From: Lepidodermella squamata
Taxonomy: Eukaryota; Animalia; Gastrotricha
Reading direction: 5' to 3'
DNA: 64,000 bases
Assembly (NCBI GenBank): GCA_047495785.1
Contig: JBLDXI010000019.1
Coordinates: forward strand, 1 to 64,000
The notes under the pieces were generated by a model that did not search any database, was not told where the DNA came from, and saw only the letters and a list, made by a program, of their open reading frames with translations. The position numbers were made by a program, and so were the translations under genes. Every line of letters starts with the position of its first letter. Within the stretch, counting starts at the first letter, position 1. Positions 17,484 to 30,538 of this stretch are shown in pieces.

Positions 17484-19203
17484 AGTTGGGAAGTAATAAG
17501 ATAAACTTCAACGTTGAGGAAATTGCTGGTAAATCCAACAATTTTATAAAAGTTCAGAGCCTCGTCGCTTCATTTTATACCCTCATGTAGGCGAGTAAAC
17601 AAACATGGTGTGGTTTAATGATGCTACCCTTGATTTCTTTTTTACCCTTCTACTTCCCTACAGATTTGCTTTATTTTTTGTCTGCTTTTATTGCCAAGGG
17701 CGGCTTGCAGTGGCTTCACCCCAGCGTACTCGTCGCAAGCCACAAGCTGCTTACCTTTCCCCTCTGCGTTTTACTTTCTCAAACTGCACTCATTTGCGGC
17801 AATTCAGCCTCAGAACGAAGCGCCCTCACGCCCTCAAATATCTGCCAACGTTTTTTGTCGTGTTATTTCTGGTGTAGCGATAGCGATTAGGTAGGTGTTT
17901 TCTAGAAAAAACTGTCGTAAAAATAGCATGGCAATTGCGTGTTCGAGTTTCACCTGAGCGTAAACAACCCAAGACTATAGATTAAACTGACAATGGTTGA
18001 CATTGTTAAAACTCGACAATAAATGAAAAAAGGGGGAAGAAAATTATTGCTACGTTCAAAAGAAGCCGTCGATTCGAAACGATGAAACCTCACGCTTGTT
18101 GGTAATCATTTTCGACTGTCTATTTAGCATTCGGAAGTGTTTTCTTCACTCAGCCTTTTGGTCGAAACAGCACCTTCTTGATTCCTTCAAGCCCTCCTGG
18201 ACTAATCTTTTGAAACCGTTCTCGTATGCGTTTGCCCGCGTCGAAGCTATCAACGGCGACTTTGGGACGAATCTTATGGCGAACGCTCCTTGGTACGCCG
18301 GCTTGAGGGGACTGGGCACCTTAAATTCCCTACAGCCAACCGATAAAACAGCGCGACGCGCGACAGGTGCTCAATGACAAATGCACTGCCTGGTTTAATG
18401 CTGCGAATGAATCCTCCTGGGATTAGGATGCTGAGCGAGACAAGTCGGAAGTCATAAGTCAAAAGCATTTTTATTCGCTGCCGATTGGATCTGCATTTTT
18501 TGCTGGAAAGTCACTGCTGAAAAATCAGTCCACGCATTATGAAGTCTTCTCTAATTTCCAAATAAAATGTATAATTTGCAAAACACATTTGAATTTTTTC
18601 AAAGCCTTGCTCCAGATTGCAGAATTCGCCAGTTTTGATGTCAGAAAAGTCTTATTATTTATAGTTATTTTACATCGCTTCGGCGGAGGGGAGATTTGAG
18701 GCTGAAAACGATGGGATTATCCTACTCACCTGCTCACCTGGGCGTAGGAAGCCACTATTTTCTCCTTTTCTGCGGTTTTTCTGCTCAACACATCGTGGTG
18801 AAAATTTGAGGAAAAATGTTTCATATTTTTATATTCACTTTCCAAGGAGAAGTCGGTATAGTCTATGCTTGAGCTTACCGAATTATTTCGTAATATCAAG
18901 AACATTCTCAGCTTGGAAACCTGCAATTCTCGCAGTCGAAGGCTGTTAAAGCGACGTGACTTGTTGTTGTATTCCTTGTTTGAACTTTCAAATGAGGCCG
19001 ACTTACCTACCTACTTGGTTTTTTTTCTCGAGTAGACAATAAGAATTCTATACGTGCGCTCTATTCCTATCTATCAGTACGGCGCCTTGAATTAAAAAAA
19101 AAATAACCCAAATTTAGATTTCAGCGGCGAATCTGACGCTCCACTACATACCCTTTTCCATGTGTTTTCGAGATATTTTTTACACTTCCAACCTGAATAA
19201 AAG

Positions 19204-20241
19204 CAGGGCTGCAAAACATGCACGACTTCCCGCGCACCGATTTAAATTTCCCGCTAAACCCGCTCGCTCGCTTCGCTCGCTCGCGGTGTATTCCGTTCTA
19301 TATTTCATATCAACCACATACTAGCTTTTAGGGCTTATTTTATTCGTCTTCTGTGGCAGGGCGTGCGACCTACTAATTCACCACGAATTTCTTGTTTCGA
19401 GCGATTTCACTATTAGCGATATTTTACTAAAATTTGCGTGTGCTCGCGTTACTGTTAATCAGAAATTAATAACTGCACACGTTAAAACTCAGTTTTCGTG
19501 GGCAACCCGACGCGCGCGCTTGGAAAAAATGATTCACTGATCGCACAAACTTGGCTTAAAAAGACAAAAATAAAGTTTTTGACAATGAGGAATTTCACAA
19601 AACAAATTAGATATTCGGAATCAGCGTAAAAAGTTAGGCAAGTGTGCAAATTTGCGCACGTTTATCTTCCAAAATGAAGAAGAAATGCGGTAGAAAAGTT
19701 TAACTGTGTGTGTGCGCGCGCCTAATAAAACAGCGCGAGTGTTCTCAAATCTGCTCTCTCCAAGTCGAAAGGTGTAGTAAATGCGCGAGAGGTTGTGCGC
19801 GCGCAGCAACGCACACCGCACAAAAGCACACACACATTCATGCGCGCGCGCACTAACGAAATTGAGATTTATTCCCTCAATGTTTTCCCCATTTTTAATC
19901 GCAGCCGCGCGCAAATATGCTATCTAACTCAACTTTTCGCGCTGAATCCGAATATCTAATTTGTTTTGTGAAATTTCTCATTGTCAAAAACTTGATTTTT
20001 TTCATAATATCCGAGCTAAAAGAACAATTTTAGAATTTCCTCCGATTTTAAATATTCGATGGGTTAGCAAAATACGAGTTCCCCCACGGAAATTGTATTT
20101 TCTAATACTTCCCGGTAATGTTTTTCCAAATTTCCCGGTGTTTTTTGAATTTTCCAAGGCGAAATTTCCCAAAAATTTCCCGCTGCGCGGCCAAATTTCC
20201 CGCGCACATTGTGCGCCATTTTTGCATGTTTTGCAGCCCTG
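19204..20241. mobile_element. Non-autonomous hAT-type DNA transposon
   Basis: 19-bp TIR CAGGGCTGCAAAACATGCA / TGCATGTTTTGCAGCCCTG and an 8-bp TSD AATAAAAG (19196-19203, 20242-20249). An internal ~60-bp inverted repeat lies at ~19573-19636 / 19931-19993. Confidence 0.9.
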
Positions 20242-20478
20242 AATAAAAGAAAAGCTTCCAGTTGGAAAAGCAATTCTCATGCGGTATTTGGTAGCTTCAA
20301 ACAAGCTAGCATGTAAAGAGCAGAACTTGAAGCTTTTCCATTTTACTCTACAAAACGTGAAGACTTGAGACTTGAGCACAAATGATTGAAAGAGATGAAA
20401 AATTTAGGTCTATTGAGAAGTTATAACTCATTCAAGGCCACACGATCGCCGAAAATCGCCCACAAAAAATCGAATAAT

Positions 20479-21983
20479 CTAATCCTCAAAGAGAATTATC
20501 TGGCCGTCGTTTTGCAGCACTAAGCCATCACCTTGCGGGCATTGAGCTTTCATAAAAACCTGAAGTGCCTCGCCGTCCTCTCCAAGATCAGGGCAGCGAA
20601 AGCTTTCAATGGCTACCAATCGGGTTACGGTCGCAGTTGGGTCGATTCGAACTATTAATTATCAACAATATAGTTGAAAAAACTAGCGTTTATGAACCTG
20701 AGATGATTACCTTTTCGAATATTTCTTTTTGCAAACGCCAATCTTTGAATGCCGCGGCACTTTAAATGAGAACAGTCGATGAGTCGATCCCATTTCTTAC
20801 CATCAACCGAAGTATCAACGACGTAGCTGACCGTAGAATACCGCCCCGAGTTGACGAAAAATGCCATCGAAGAGACATTGTAGACTGCGGCCAGGTTGAT
20901 CACAATTGGCTTGTCCGTAGGTAAAAAATTGCTGTAATAGGACTTGCCTTCCAAAATCCAGTCACGAAATTGTTCACATACATCATCGACCGTGGCGCCG
21001 AGTTCCACAGTTGCAACATTGCTATTCGGAACTATCGCTTGAATTAGAATAATAATCAATCAATCGCAATCAATCCATTGAAGCCAGTTAAACACGACAA
21101 ACCTTTCGCCAGAAAATTTCGAGGATTTATTTCGCAGGCCGAAACTTCGTCAAATTTAACTCCATTTGCGAACAAAACTTGGAATAACGATGCTGCTATG
21201 TGTAGTTCAACGTCGTTCAGCTTGACCAGTGGAAATCGAACGCAGTCCAGCGCATCTTTTGCATTCTGATCGGGGTGTTTCCGACACCAGTTGACAGCGA
21301 CCGTGAGAATATTGAACTCAGGCGCCGCAAAATCGCTGTCGGAAATTATTTTGACTAGCGCGTTTTTCGACAATTCGAGCAGACTGCCGCTTTGAAGGAT
21401 TTCATCAGCATGGTTAAATACGAAGCTTCGACTTTCCTGGGAAAGTTGCTCCTCGCCCAACAGATCGGCGGCTTCGAAAATCAGAGGAGCCGTGCTTGCA
21501 TCTAGGGTAGTCTTCGAAAAAAATTGCGAGAAAAATCAACCATTTTAAAGAAAAAAATCCAAATTTTACCTCTAAAGCGTTGCTCAAATCAACTACTAAT
21601 TCAGTAACCTGGTACTCATGAGCCATGGCTAAAACCAGCAGGGCCGTTTCTAAGGTCATAATACTTAGATCGATAGTGAACATGTACATGTATTTCAGGA
21701 AAATGCCAAATGCCTCTGGATCCTTGCCGGGCAGTTCGATGACTTCTTCTTTAGATTCCCTGAACCTTTCGTCGAGAAGCAATGCTCTGAGAACTGGTGA
21801 CCGCATGCCTAGGATGACGCGATGGGCTTGAAAGACTTGGTCGCCGACTTTGAAGGTGACATCGCTGCTTAACTTGGACGAAAATAGATTGGCCATCAAA
21901 CCAGTCATCAGTTTTTCTTGATTTATTTCCGAAATGGCCTTGAACGGAGATATTGGTCGATCTCCTGCCAGAGATGGCGCCAT
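20479..21983 (-). CDS. BTB/POZ-BACK protein with a C-terminal discoidin-like domain (BTBD9-like); introns 21512-21569, 21038-21102, ~20652-20710
   Basis: SDVTFKVGDQVFQAHRVILGMRSPVLRALL, BACK DSDFAAPEFNIL.V..W and C-terminal NVATVELGATV...SYVVDTSVDGKKWDRLIDCSHLKCRG.Q.L.F. Confidence 0.85.
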
Positions 21984-22043
21984 TTTTTAAAAACCTAAAT
22001 TAAAAAATTAGAATAGTTCCATCTCAATAATCCCACTCATCTA

Positions 22044-22222
22044 CAGGGTGGCCAAAAAATTCCGCAGAGCGGGAATTCGCTGCGCATCATTTTAATGAGG
22101 AGTTTCAAGAAGTTGAGGAGTTCAATTGGCAGAAGAATGCTTGAAATTCTTCAACTTCGTAAACTCCTCATTAAACTGATGCGCAGCGAATTCCCGCTCT
22201 GCGGAATTTGTTGGCCACCCTG
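22044..22222. mobile_element. Tc1/mariner-type MITE (179 bp, near-complete palindrome)
   Basis: TA|CAGGGTGGCCAA...TTGGCCACCCTG|TA with ~75-bp arms. Confidence 0.88.
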
Positions 22223-23348
22223 TATGAAATGAGACACGCCTTATGATAAGGGCTTCATTTTTTCTGTTGCGTCACACGAAAGGCATTCACTTATGCATTC
22301 ACTACCACAATTTCTTGTCAGGCTTGGATCAAGCCTAATAGCGGAGAAAAATTTGAAATTTCGAAAATGATTTCAATTAATTCTGCACATTTTGGTTGCT
22401 AAAATCCGCTATGTTCTGATTTTTCGCAGAAATAAAGAAAATTGGATACTACTTTTATATAAATCCTGTTAATGACTAAATTATGTCTTCGGCTTGGTAG
22501 CTTTTATTCTAAAATGTGCGATTCGGAGGCGTTTCCTTCATATGAATATCAGTGAATCGAAACGTTGGAGTGATCCTGAAAACGTAAGCATTCGCCGTTG
22601 GGGCACCTTGATTTGTAGCGCTCGCGATCTTCTTCAGTCAATTGCTCTGCTGGACATTGAAACGATGATATAAAGTACTTCGGGAACGATCGGTAGGGCG
22701 GTTGTAATCCAGTAATTCTCACTAGAACAAAAAGTTGATCATAACTTTAATTCTACATTAAAAACATCTATTCTAAATATTGGGCCGTTAACTATTATTG
22801 AAAAGTTGGGTCGGATGGATTTTCCGTATTGTCTAGCGAATCGCAAATAGGTGGCGACTTGCAGAGGGACGATTCTTGAAATTTAAGATGTCTCCTACTC
22901 CTGTACTCCTATAGCATGCTATAGTATATGCGTTTCGTTCCGATTTCCCAAAGCTAGCCTTCAAGACCACTGATATCGGAAAATTACTGATTTTTTGAAT
23001 CGATGCCGAAGATCGATATCGCTAGCTAAAGTACGAGACTCTATCAAAGCCAAATTACGCTTGAATGGGATATCGGTAAGCCACCGTGATCAACAAATTG
23101 ACATTCGAATGAGAACTAGAAACTCGAAAAACCATATTTTTAGTTTTATATTTTTACTTGAATCCTGAATTTAAGGTGTGCACTAGGCACACCAAAATAC
23201 CAAAATAAATCAGTAAGAAATGGGTTTTTTATAAAGTTTTTTAGGTCTAGAGAAGTTCATTATTTTCTATTGTAATAAATGTTTGAAAAATTTGCAGAAT
23301 TTATCAAAACTCTAGTCAATAAGAAATAAGTATTAACGCTGTTATTAC

Positions 23349-24529
23349 CATGTTTAAACGTTCGAGATTTGAAAATAATCAGCTGACGACCGTAACAATT
23401 TGCCATGGAACAGTCAACGATTCTCTCCCAATCCTTTCTGTCGCTGGAAATATCAACAGTCATCGCAGCGCCACGTGTAATATTTGATGCAAATATTCCA
23501 AATGCCATCGAATCGCAGCGGATTGTTACCGCCAAATCGATTGTAACAGCAAAACCAATTTTGAAGGAGCTGCTAGTGGTATTGCCGAAGATGAAATTCA
23601 CCTTAAAAGATCTGTCATACTCATCATCATAGAAAGCATTAGCACCAGCTTCCTCCGTCGCTATGTTTTGCTGAGGAGAAACTATAACAAAATAAAAATT
23701 TGAAACCGATCACGTTAATAAATCCGAAAGCTATAAGAAACGCACCAATCGGCTCTTTCCGTGGAACGACACTCATACCAGTGTTACCCACCTTACTTAA
23801 ATCGACGTTGTTAGCGATGAGAAGTTGATACAACGGTGCAATTTGCACCATAGACATATTACCGAAGCAAACGAGCGAAAATCGGACGTGTTTTAAGATG
23901 TCGCGAACATTTTCACCCGGATTCGTCTTTTGCCAACGGTCAATTGCAAGTAAAATTTCAACCTCCGGCGCGCAGAATAAATCATCGGAAACCAAAGCAA
24001 TAACAGCCGGTTTTGATAGTTGTTCAAAAGTGGGACTTTTAACAACTTTTTCGGCATTTTCGAAAATAAATGTCCTGCTAGCATCGAGGAGTGACTCGTG
24101 GCCGAGTAACAAGGCTGTTTCGAAGATTTTCAAAGCCGTTTCATGATTTATCTTTGTCGGAAGCAAGTCGCTAAGTTCGGAAAGCAAGCCATCAACTTGG
24201 TACTCATGAGCCACGCGTAAAATCTCCAAAATGACCTCCAGATCAAGCTGGTCCCATTTTAACGAACAGGTATACAGGTATTTTAAGAAGGCTTCGAAAG
24301 CTGCGGCGCGTTTGCCAGGTAAATTAATTTCCCGAGATTTTCCCTCACGAAAATTCTCTCCAGCTAGCATTGCCTTGAAAACTGGTGACTGAGCAGCCAA
24401 GATTGCTTGATGAGCTAGAAATCGCCGGTCATCGACAATGAAAGTAACATCAGACGCTGACACATCATTGAAAATCGAAATTGTCAGCCTTTTCAATGCT
24501 TGGTAATGTTTCGCCTCGATCTCGTCCAT
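23349..24529 (-). CDS. Second BTBD9-like BTB-BACK gene (intron 23682-23745; last exon unresolved)
   Basis: SDVTFIVDDRRFLAHQAILAAQSPVFKAML, DDLFCAPEVEIL, NIATEEAGA and SSDRKDWERIVDCS..NCYGRQ; tandem paralog of the gene at 20479-21983. Confidence 0.82.
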
Positions 24530-25313
24530 TTTGCGTTTATTGTTAAAAGCTGAATGAGAGTAATTTTAAGAAATGAGTCATCACGACTCACGATAACGTA
24601 AATCACCATCACAAAACGAAACGCGTGCCACTACGCCATCATAATTATATCTTCATCGCGTGGAAGGTCAGCATGCTTGTTTTCATTGAGAATTTAAATA
24701 CTACTGCCTTCAAAATTTCTCATAAAGGGTTATTTTCGAAGCTGCCTTTATGATAAAGTTGAATCTATTGATACCAATCTGACAAAAAACCCAGGCGCCA
24801 GTTTCAAATTGCTCATTATTAGCCGTGACCTATTTTTGCCAGCCTGTTTTATTGCGATGGTTCGTTATACATATAGGCCAGCACGTGTTTTTGAGGTCAT
24901 AACGTTCGATTCCGGACAAAAATCGGCCGTATTACATTCACGTTTGCGAGATGGAGCCGAATTTGTGGAAATAAAGCTTCCTTTTGTTTTCGAAACATAC
25001 CAGGTTGGTTTCCAGGTGATAAAGTCGACATTATTATGATTTGTCGATAAACAAAGAAGGCTTCGAAAAAAACCCTCATTATTCAAGATATGGCACCATT
25101 TTTAACCGATTTTTCGACTATATCAAAAGCCGCGAAAACCGTCGATGGAAATTTATTCCATAGAAGAGTAAAACATTTTCAAAACGGCATGATAAATATT
25201 TTTAGCCATATAATATCAGCAGAATCGCTTTAAATTCATCATCAAAACACCCTTTTTCGGTTTGCATTAAAACAGGAAAATTAGTCATTATTATTCACCG
25301 GGCGTGTTTCTTT

Positions 25314-26730
25314 TCACTTCGATTCTGCTTCGATCTCGCCTAGCATGGTGTTGAGGTTATCAATTGACGGAAGGTACCAGTTCGGGACCATTACTTGGTC
25401 TTTAGGGTCTTTCGACTTGGCGTGGCGGTTCGCCTCCGCCAGGTCAGAACAGCCGGTGAGAACGAGAAGCGACGACGCGCCAATGGCGGCCGCAAAAGCG
25501 ACATCGGCATCGCACCGATCGCCGATCATAACCGTCCGCGCCGGGTCGATACCGCCGGCAACAGATGCCTGCAACTGGTCGAACATGAAGCGATTCGGCT
25601 TGCCGATGACAACGTCTGGCTTGCGACCGCAGGCAGTCTCAACCGCTGAGGCGATAGCACCGACGCCGGGGACAGATCGCCCCGCCAAGGGGTAATTGCC
25701 GTCCGTATTTGTCACCACGAAGAGACATTTAGGTTGAGTAATTAGCTTGTGAGCTGCCATTGAAAGCCGCCGGTAGTTACTGAAGAAAGAAATTGAATTA
25801 TTTTTCGTAAATTCTCAAATTATTTTAAATTGTCAGAATTTTAGTCAGGTTTTACTTTATTACAATTTTTATTAAAGTTTGCACATTTTAAAGTGCAAAA
25901 ATTAAGGTGGGGTTATTTTTATAGAAATCTATTATTGAAAACTTGTTTCATTGATTTGACCCAGTTTAGAGCGTATAACTACTAACCGTTTAACAGCAAT
26001 ATAGGTCATTAGGTCTACGTGCAATATCGATGTCATTGCGCTTGACCTTGCTCACCATAATACCATAATTTAAAAAAATTGTGGTGAAAATCAGAATTTT
26101 CTATGAAATTTGCTGCTGATTCGACTCACCCCAAAGTAATATTGAAAGGTTACTGTTAACTTACAATTCTTCATCTAAGGAAACTACAACAGCATCGACC
26201 TCTTTGTCGTGGTCATCGACAACCATGCCATCGACGTATAAATCGCTATCACACCTGCATCGCGTGCTCGTTGTCGTAAAATGCTGAATACCGAGCGCCT
26301 CCAACTCAGCGTGGAGGCCGTCATTGCCTAGGGTGAACACGCGTTTGCAGCCAATTTTTTTGAGGTAGGCTGCTACGGCGTGGTTATTAGTCGCCACTAG
26401 GCCTTCATCTTGCAGGGGAAAGCCGCGACTTTGAATTCCAGCAACTGTTTGCGCCTTAGTCGAAAGTGAGCCATTTGTAACATAGCCTACTTTCTGAAGG
26501 ACAAAAATTTGGCTGAGTTCCAAAATAATTTGAAATTTTTGATTAATTACCTTTCCCATGCTAACCAACTTGTGAGCAGTACTAGCGGCACCTGGTATAA
26601 CTGCCTTGCCACACCAGAGAGTTCCATCACAGTCGAATAGCACCACGTCGATATTTTGAAGGGCTGATTTCAGCTCAGCTGTAGTTAACAGTGGTACGTC
26701 TGACGGCTTACTGCTGCCAACATTCCCCAT
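25314..26730 (-). CDS. HAD class IIA phosphatase (PGP/pyridoxal phosphatase-like), multi-exon
   Basis: Motif I FDCDGTLW, motif II YVTN, GKP and motif IV MIGDRCDADV. N-terminal MGNVGSS fits a myristoylation consensus. Confidence 0.88.
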
Positions 26731-27896
26731 CGTAAAATTGCTAGGCATGTCGTTATATTATGGGTCAGTGTATGAGACAGAAACTGTTCTTTGTTTTTTG
26801 CGAGAAAAAAACGCGCAGAGAGATAATGAAATTATTTAGAGCGCAACGGCAATATTTATATCACCGGAAATTTAGGTATGAAATTCGGTCCACGTGTTCT
26901 CGGCAACCCTGGTATGTTCTAGCCGAGTGCATATAGGGAAGTTTAAAAAGCATCCTTATCGCTAACGGGTGTGGGCCGGCGAGTTTGAACAAGGTATGAG
27001 GAGATGGCTTGAATTCTATGAACATTGTATCGAAAGGTCATAACTGGCTGCGTATCGAGAGCGTTTACAGCCGAGATAACAACACACGAGACGCAGCCGA
27101 AAAAAATATTTGCGTCTACCTGCCAAGCATTTCATGTAGTGCAGATATGGTGCAAAGAGAAAAAAACGCTACAGCGAAGAAGATAAAGAGTGGGTATTGT
27201 GTAATAAAAAATGTGCGTAATACCTTGTCTGGGATGCCTCCGCCTAAATAGAAAAAAACAACTGTAGAGGCCCAACAGTAGCCGGGGGAATAAATGACCG
27301 CTGCGAATATACAGGAAATGAGCAGTGAGCGATAATCAAGGCCAAAAAACTATCGAGTCTGCCAGAACTTTTTGTGCCTCTGCTCCTTGAGGAAGCATGG
27401 CAGGTGATGAAAGCGATGATACAACCCACGTGAATTACCGAGGTTAACACACACGCAAGCTATCATGTCATGTCACGCCGTCCAACGCCTTTAAGTGACT
27501 GGGCGTTTTTACTAGTCATAATAGTATATTGCTAATGGGGCTGCTTTTTTGTGCCAAGTTTTTGCATTTTATGACCACGCAGAAATAAAATATACGGAAT
27601 ATTATAGCGTGCCGGAGAAGGTAATAAAATTATTTTTTGCTTTCAATTCCTTATCTCGCACTTTAAACCAGCAAATTTACGTGTATTAAGCTAACTCTTT
27701 TTTATTACAAAAAACATTTGACAATTAAAATTGACGGCTGCGGATCAAAATTCGGCAACTTAAAATCACAATTTATAAGAATTATTAAACTTTCATGAAA
27801 AATGCGGTATTGTGGTGGTCGAAGGTTCATTTTCGTTCCACAAATTTACAAATTTACAATGGGGCTTGATTTTCTGACTTTCTTGGCATCGCATTT

Positions 27897-28097
27897 TCAC
27901 CGTGTCTCGGAGATTTTCCTCAGCCTTGGTTCATCGTAGCGAATAATAGGCGTGACGATTTTGGCTAGGGTACAAGCAAACTTCGCGGATCCACTTTTCG
28001 GGCTTTGGGATTCGGAAGTTCCACAGTTGCTGGCGTTGCTTTGCGCACTGCCAGCGCTCGACTCGCTCGTGGATCGTATCGAAAATGTTTGCGGCAT
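27897..28097 (-). CDS. Putative micro-protein (YDEPRLRKI family, type A copy 1)
   Basis: ATG follows a tttcag acceptor; the frame is conserved in the copy at 32340-32543. Confidence 0.4.
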   Translation of the reverse strand: MPQTFSIRSTSESSAGSAQSNASNCGTSESQSPKSGSAKFACTLAKIVTPIIRYDEPRLRKISETR

Positions 28098-30538
28098 ATA
28101 AATTTTCCTGAAATCGGAGCTTAAATGATCTAAAAAGAAATGAGACCAATATCGCTTAATGAAACCAAAGACCAGAGTCAAAGCACTACTCTAAACTTGA
28201 AATAAAATTACAAATAAATAAATAAATTCCGCTGTCCTTTGAGGTGGTTAATTCTTACAGGGAAAAATTGGTGGTCAATTCCCTTAGCTATTTAAACCTT
28301 AGTACGGCTCTCGATGACGAAAACACATTCCTATAGTTGAAGTGTTAGTATCTCGATTTTATTCGACCCAGAGGTTAAAGGTGATTGCGCTAAGTGATGG
28401 CATGGTGTAGAACGCAAAAATGAAACGAAAGAAACAAAAAATGTTAGCAATTTTGTTCAGCCGCCTTAATGATGGAGTGCTAAAGGCTAAAGACAAGCAG
28501 GATTGAGCAGGCCAACATTTCAATTCGGCCTATAATTAAGCCACGAGATATCTAAAACGAAGGTCATCGAAGGTCATCATCAGATGGAAATGCTGGGCCT
28601 GGAAAAATTAAAAAACTGCTAAAAATGCAGCATAAATCGAAATTTCACCAGTCCAGGCTACTTGCCTAAGTAGAGAAGCTAAACGTAATAAGGAAAGAAA
28701 ATATAAAAATACATAATACTGAAGCTGAAGCTAACTGGGTTGAAGGTCGATAGCTGGAAATAATAAGGCAGAGTTGTTTTGGCACCAATTGCCCAGCGCA
28801 TGTTTACATCAGGAGCGGAGCCAATTTACGTCACGTGTACGATGCATGTTGTTATTATTTTTGTTTTTCCGCGCGTGATTTTTTACCAAGTCCTGACTGT
28901 TTTTTTCTTACCTGCACGATCCTGTTGCCATAAAAAATGCAGTTTTTTGCGATTTACGCGTTCTCCATTCGTACCTGAGGCGCACTCAACTTTTTTTGAT
29001 TGGTGTATTTTCTTCGTATTTTGGGACAAAAGAATCACGTACAGCTTGGACAGCTTTGGGACAGCTTGGAGCTTCGAAACATCGACTGCATCGACTTTTT
29101 AATAGATTGTTTTGCCTTTTGAATTCCTTGCTAGAAATTATTAGATATTCTCAGGATGCTCTTGCCAAACTTCTTGAACCTTGAACTTTGAACCTGATTT
29201 GGCTGATTGATTTACAACGTCACCTCTAAATCTATTCAGGATCGCAAAATACCGGGAAATTCGGTTTTTTTTATTTTTTTTAATAAACGTATTGAGATTA
29301 AAAACAGCATGTACCTCTGAATGGCACCTTCAAAATTCAAGCAGCGCTGAGATAAGTTCTTTCTGTAGATTTTATTAACATTGCCATCGTTAGTGATGTT
29401 CATTAGAGGAGTGCGATATTTTCCGAAGGCGGGGCTCGTCATACCAAAAAATGGGCGCGAAAATTTTCACGAAAATCGCCACAAATTTCGAAGCAAAACC
29501 GTGAACTGCAGCATCTCGCTCTTTATTGATCAGCTTCATTGGCAGAAATTTGTCGCACAATTTGTAATTCAATGTAAAAACTCAACAAATTATACAAGTT
29601 GTCGATCTATATTTTTTTAATATAAAAATGTTATACATTAGGCTAAACATGAATCATCTTTCGTTGCGTATTCATAGGAGAGAGCTATTCTGGTTAGTCC
29701 TTTGAAAGTTATTTAGCTAAAATGATTCATTTAGCATTGATAAAGGAGAGCTATTCTGGTTTTTCCTTTGACAGCCTGTATAGACCGTCCCGAATGAATC
29801 ATTAGGTGCGCGAATTGCCTAAAAAAACGCCAGGAGTTGAAAAATAGCATGACCTTCTCAAACTTGAATTTTGCGTTTACATAATAAATAAATCGGTAAG
29901 TTATCCTCGGTCAACATAACCAACTTTAAAACCCAAGAAATTTCGGCTCAAAGAGCACGAGCCATTTTTCAAAGAGGAACAACAGCTAATAGTCACGAGC
30001 CATAGTTCGGAGCTTCTTTCCCGGCTAGCCCGAGGCCAATGCGGTGGCAGAGTTCTATTCTCAGCTATCGCTGTAATGGCGTGACACTGCTGAACAGAAA
30101 ATTCGGGTGCTAAAACGATTGTTTTTATTTTTGTTGTTATGCAATGATACTAGAAATAAAATAGGTAAGGCACCGCAGAAATAATAGGAGTGCTCTACAA
30201 CAACGGACTTGAGAACACACACCTGTGCTGAGTGGCGGCTTTGATTGCTGAATTTTTTTCGAAGTGAGTCTCTAAGCATATATGCCCTCGCTCAATTATT
30301 TCCCAGGTTCGACATCGGAATTTTGGCTGGACTCGGTCGTACAGCAGTAAAACATCATGCATGGAAATTTCCGCAGAAATAACCCGATTTTTTGTAAAGA
30401 TCTGCAGATAAAAAATTGAATTGATTCTCATCAAATATTTATAGGTGGGTGAATTTTTCAGAATAATACAATGTTCTCCTTCAATTTAATTTTCTTAGCT
30501 GCAATCTGAGATTTTCTTTCAGTTCAAATAATTTCATA

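Noticed and set aside
17600-19000. Several 60-95 aa ORFs
   Set aside because: No recognisable motifs, consistent splice structure or paralog support.
15750-19200. Search for the Polinton right TIR and TSD
   Set aside because: No convincing terminal motif was found, and the partner end is outside the window, so no boundary is called.
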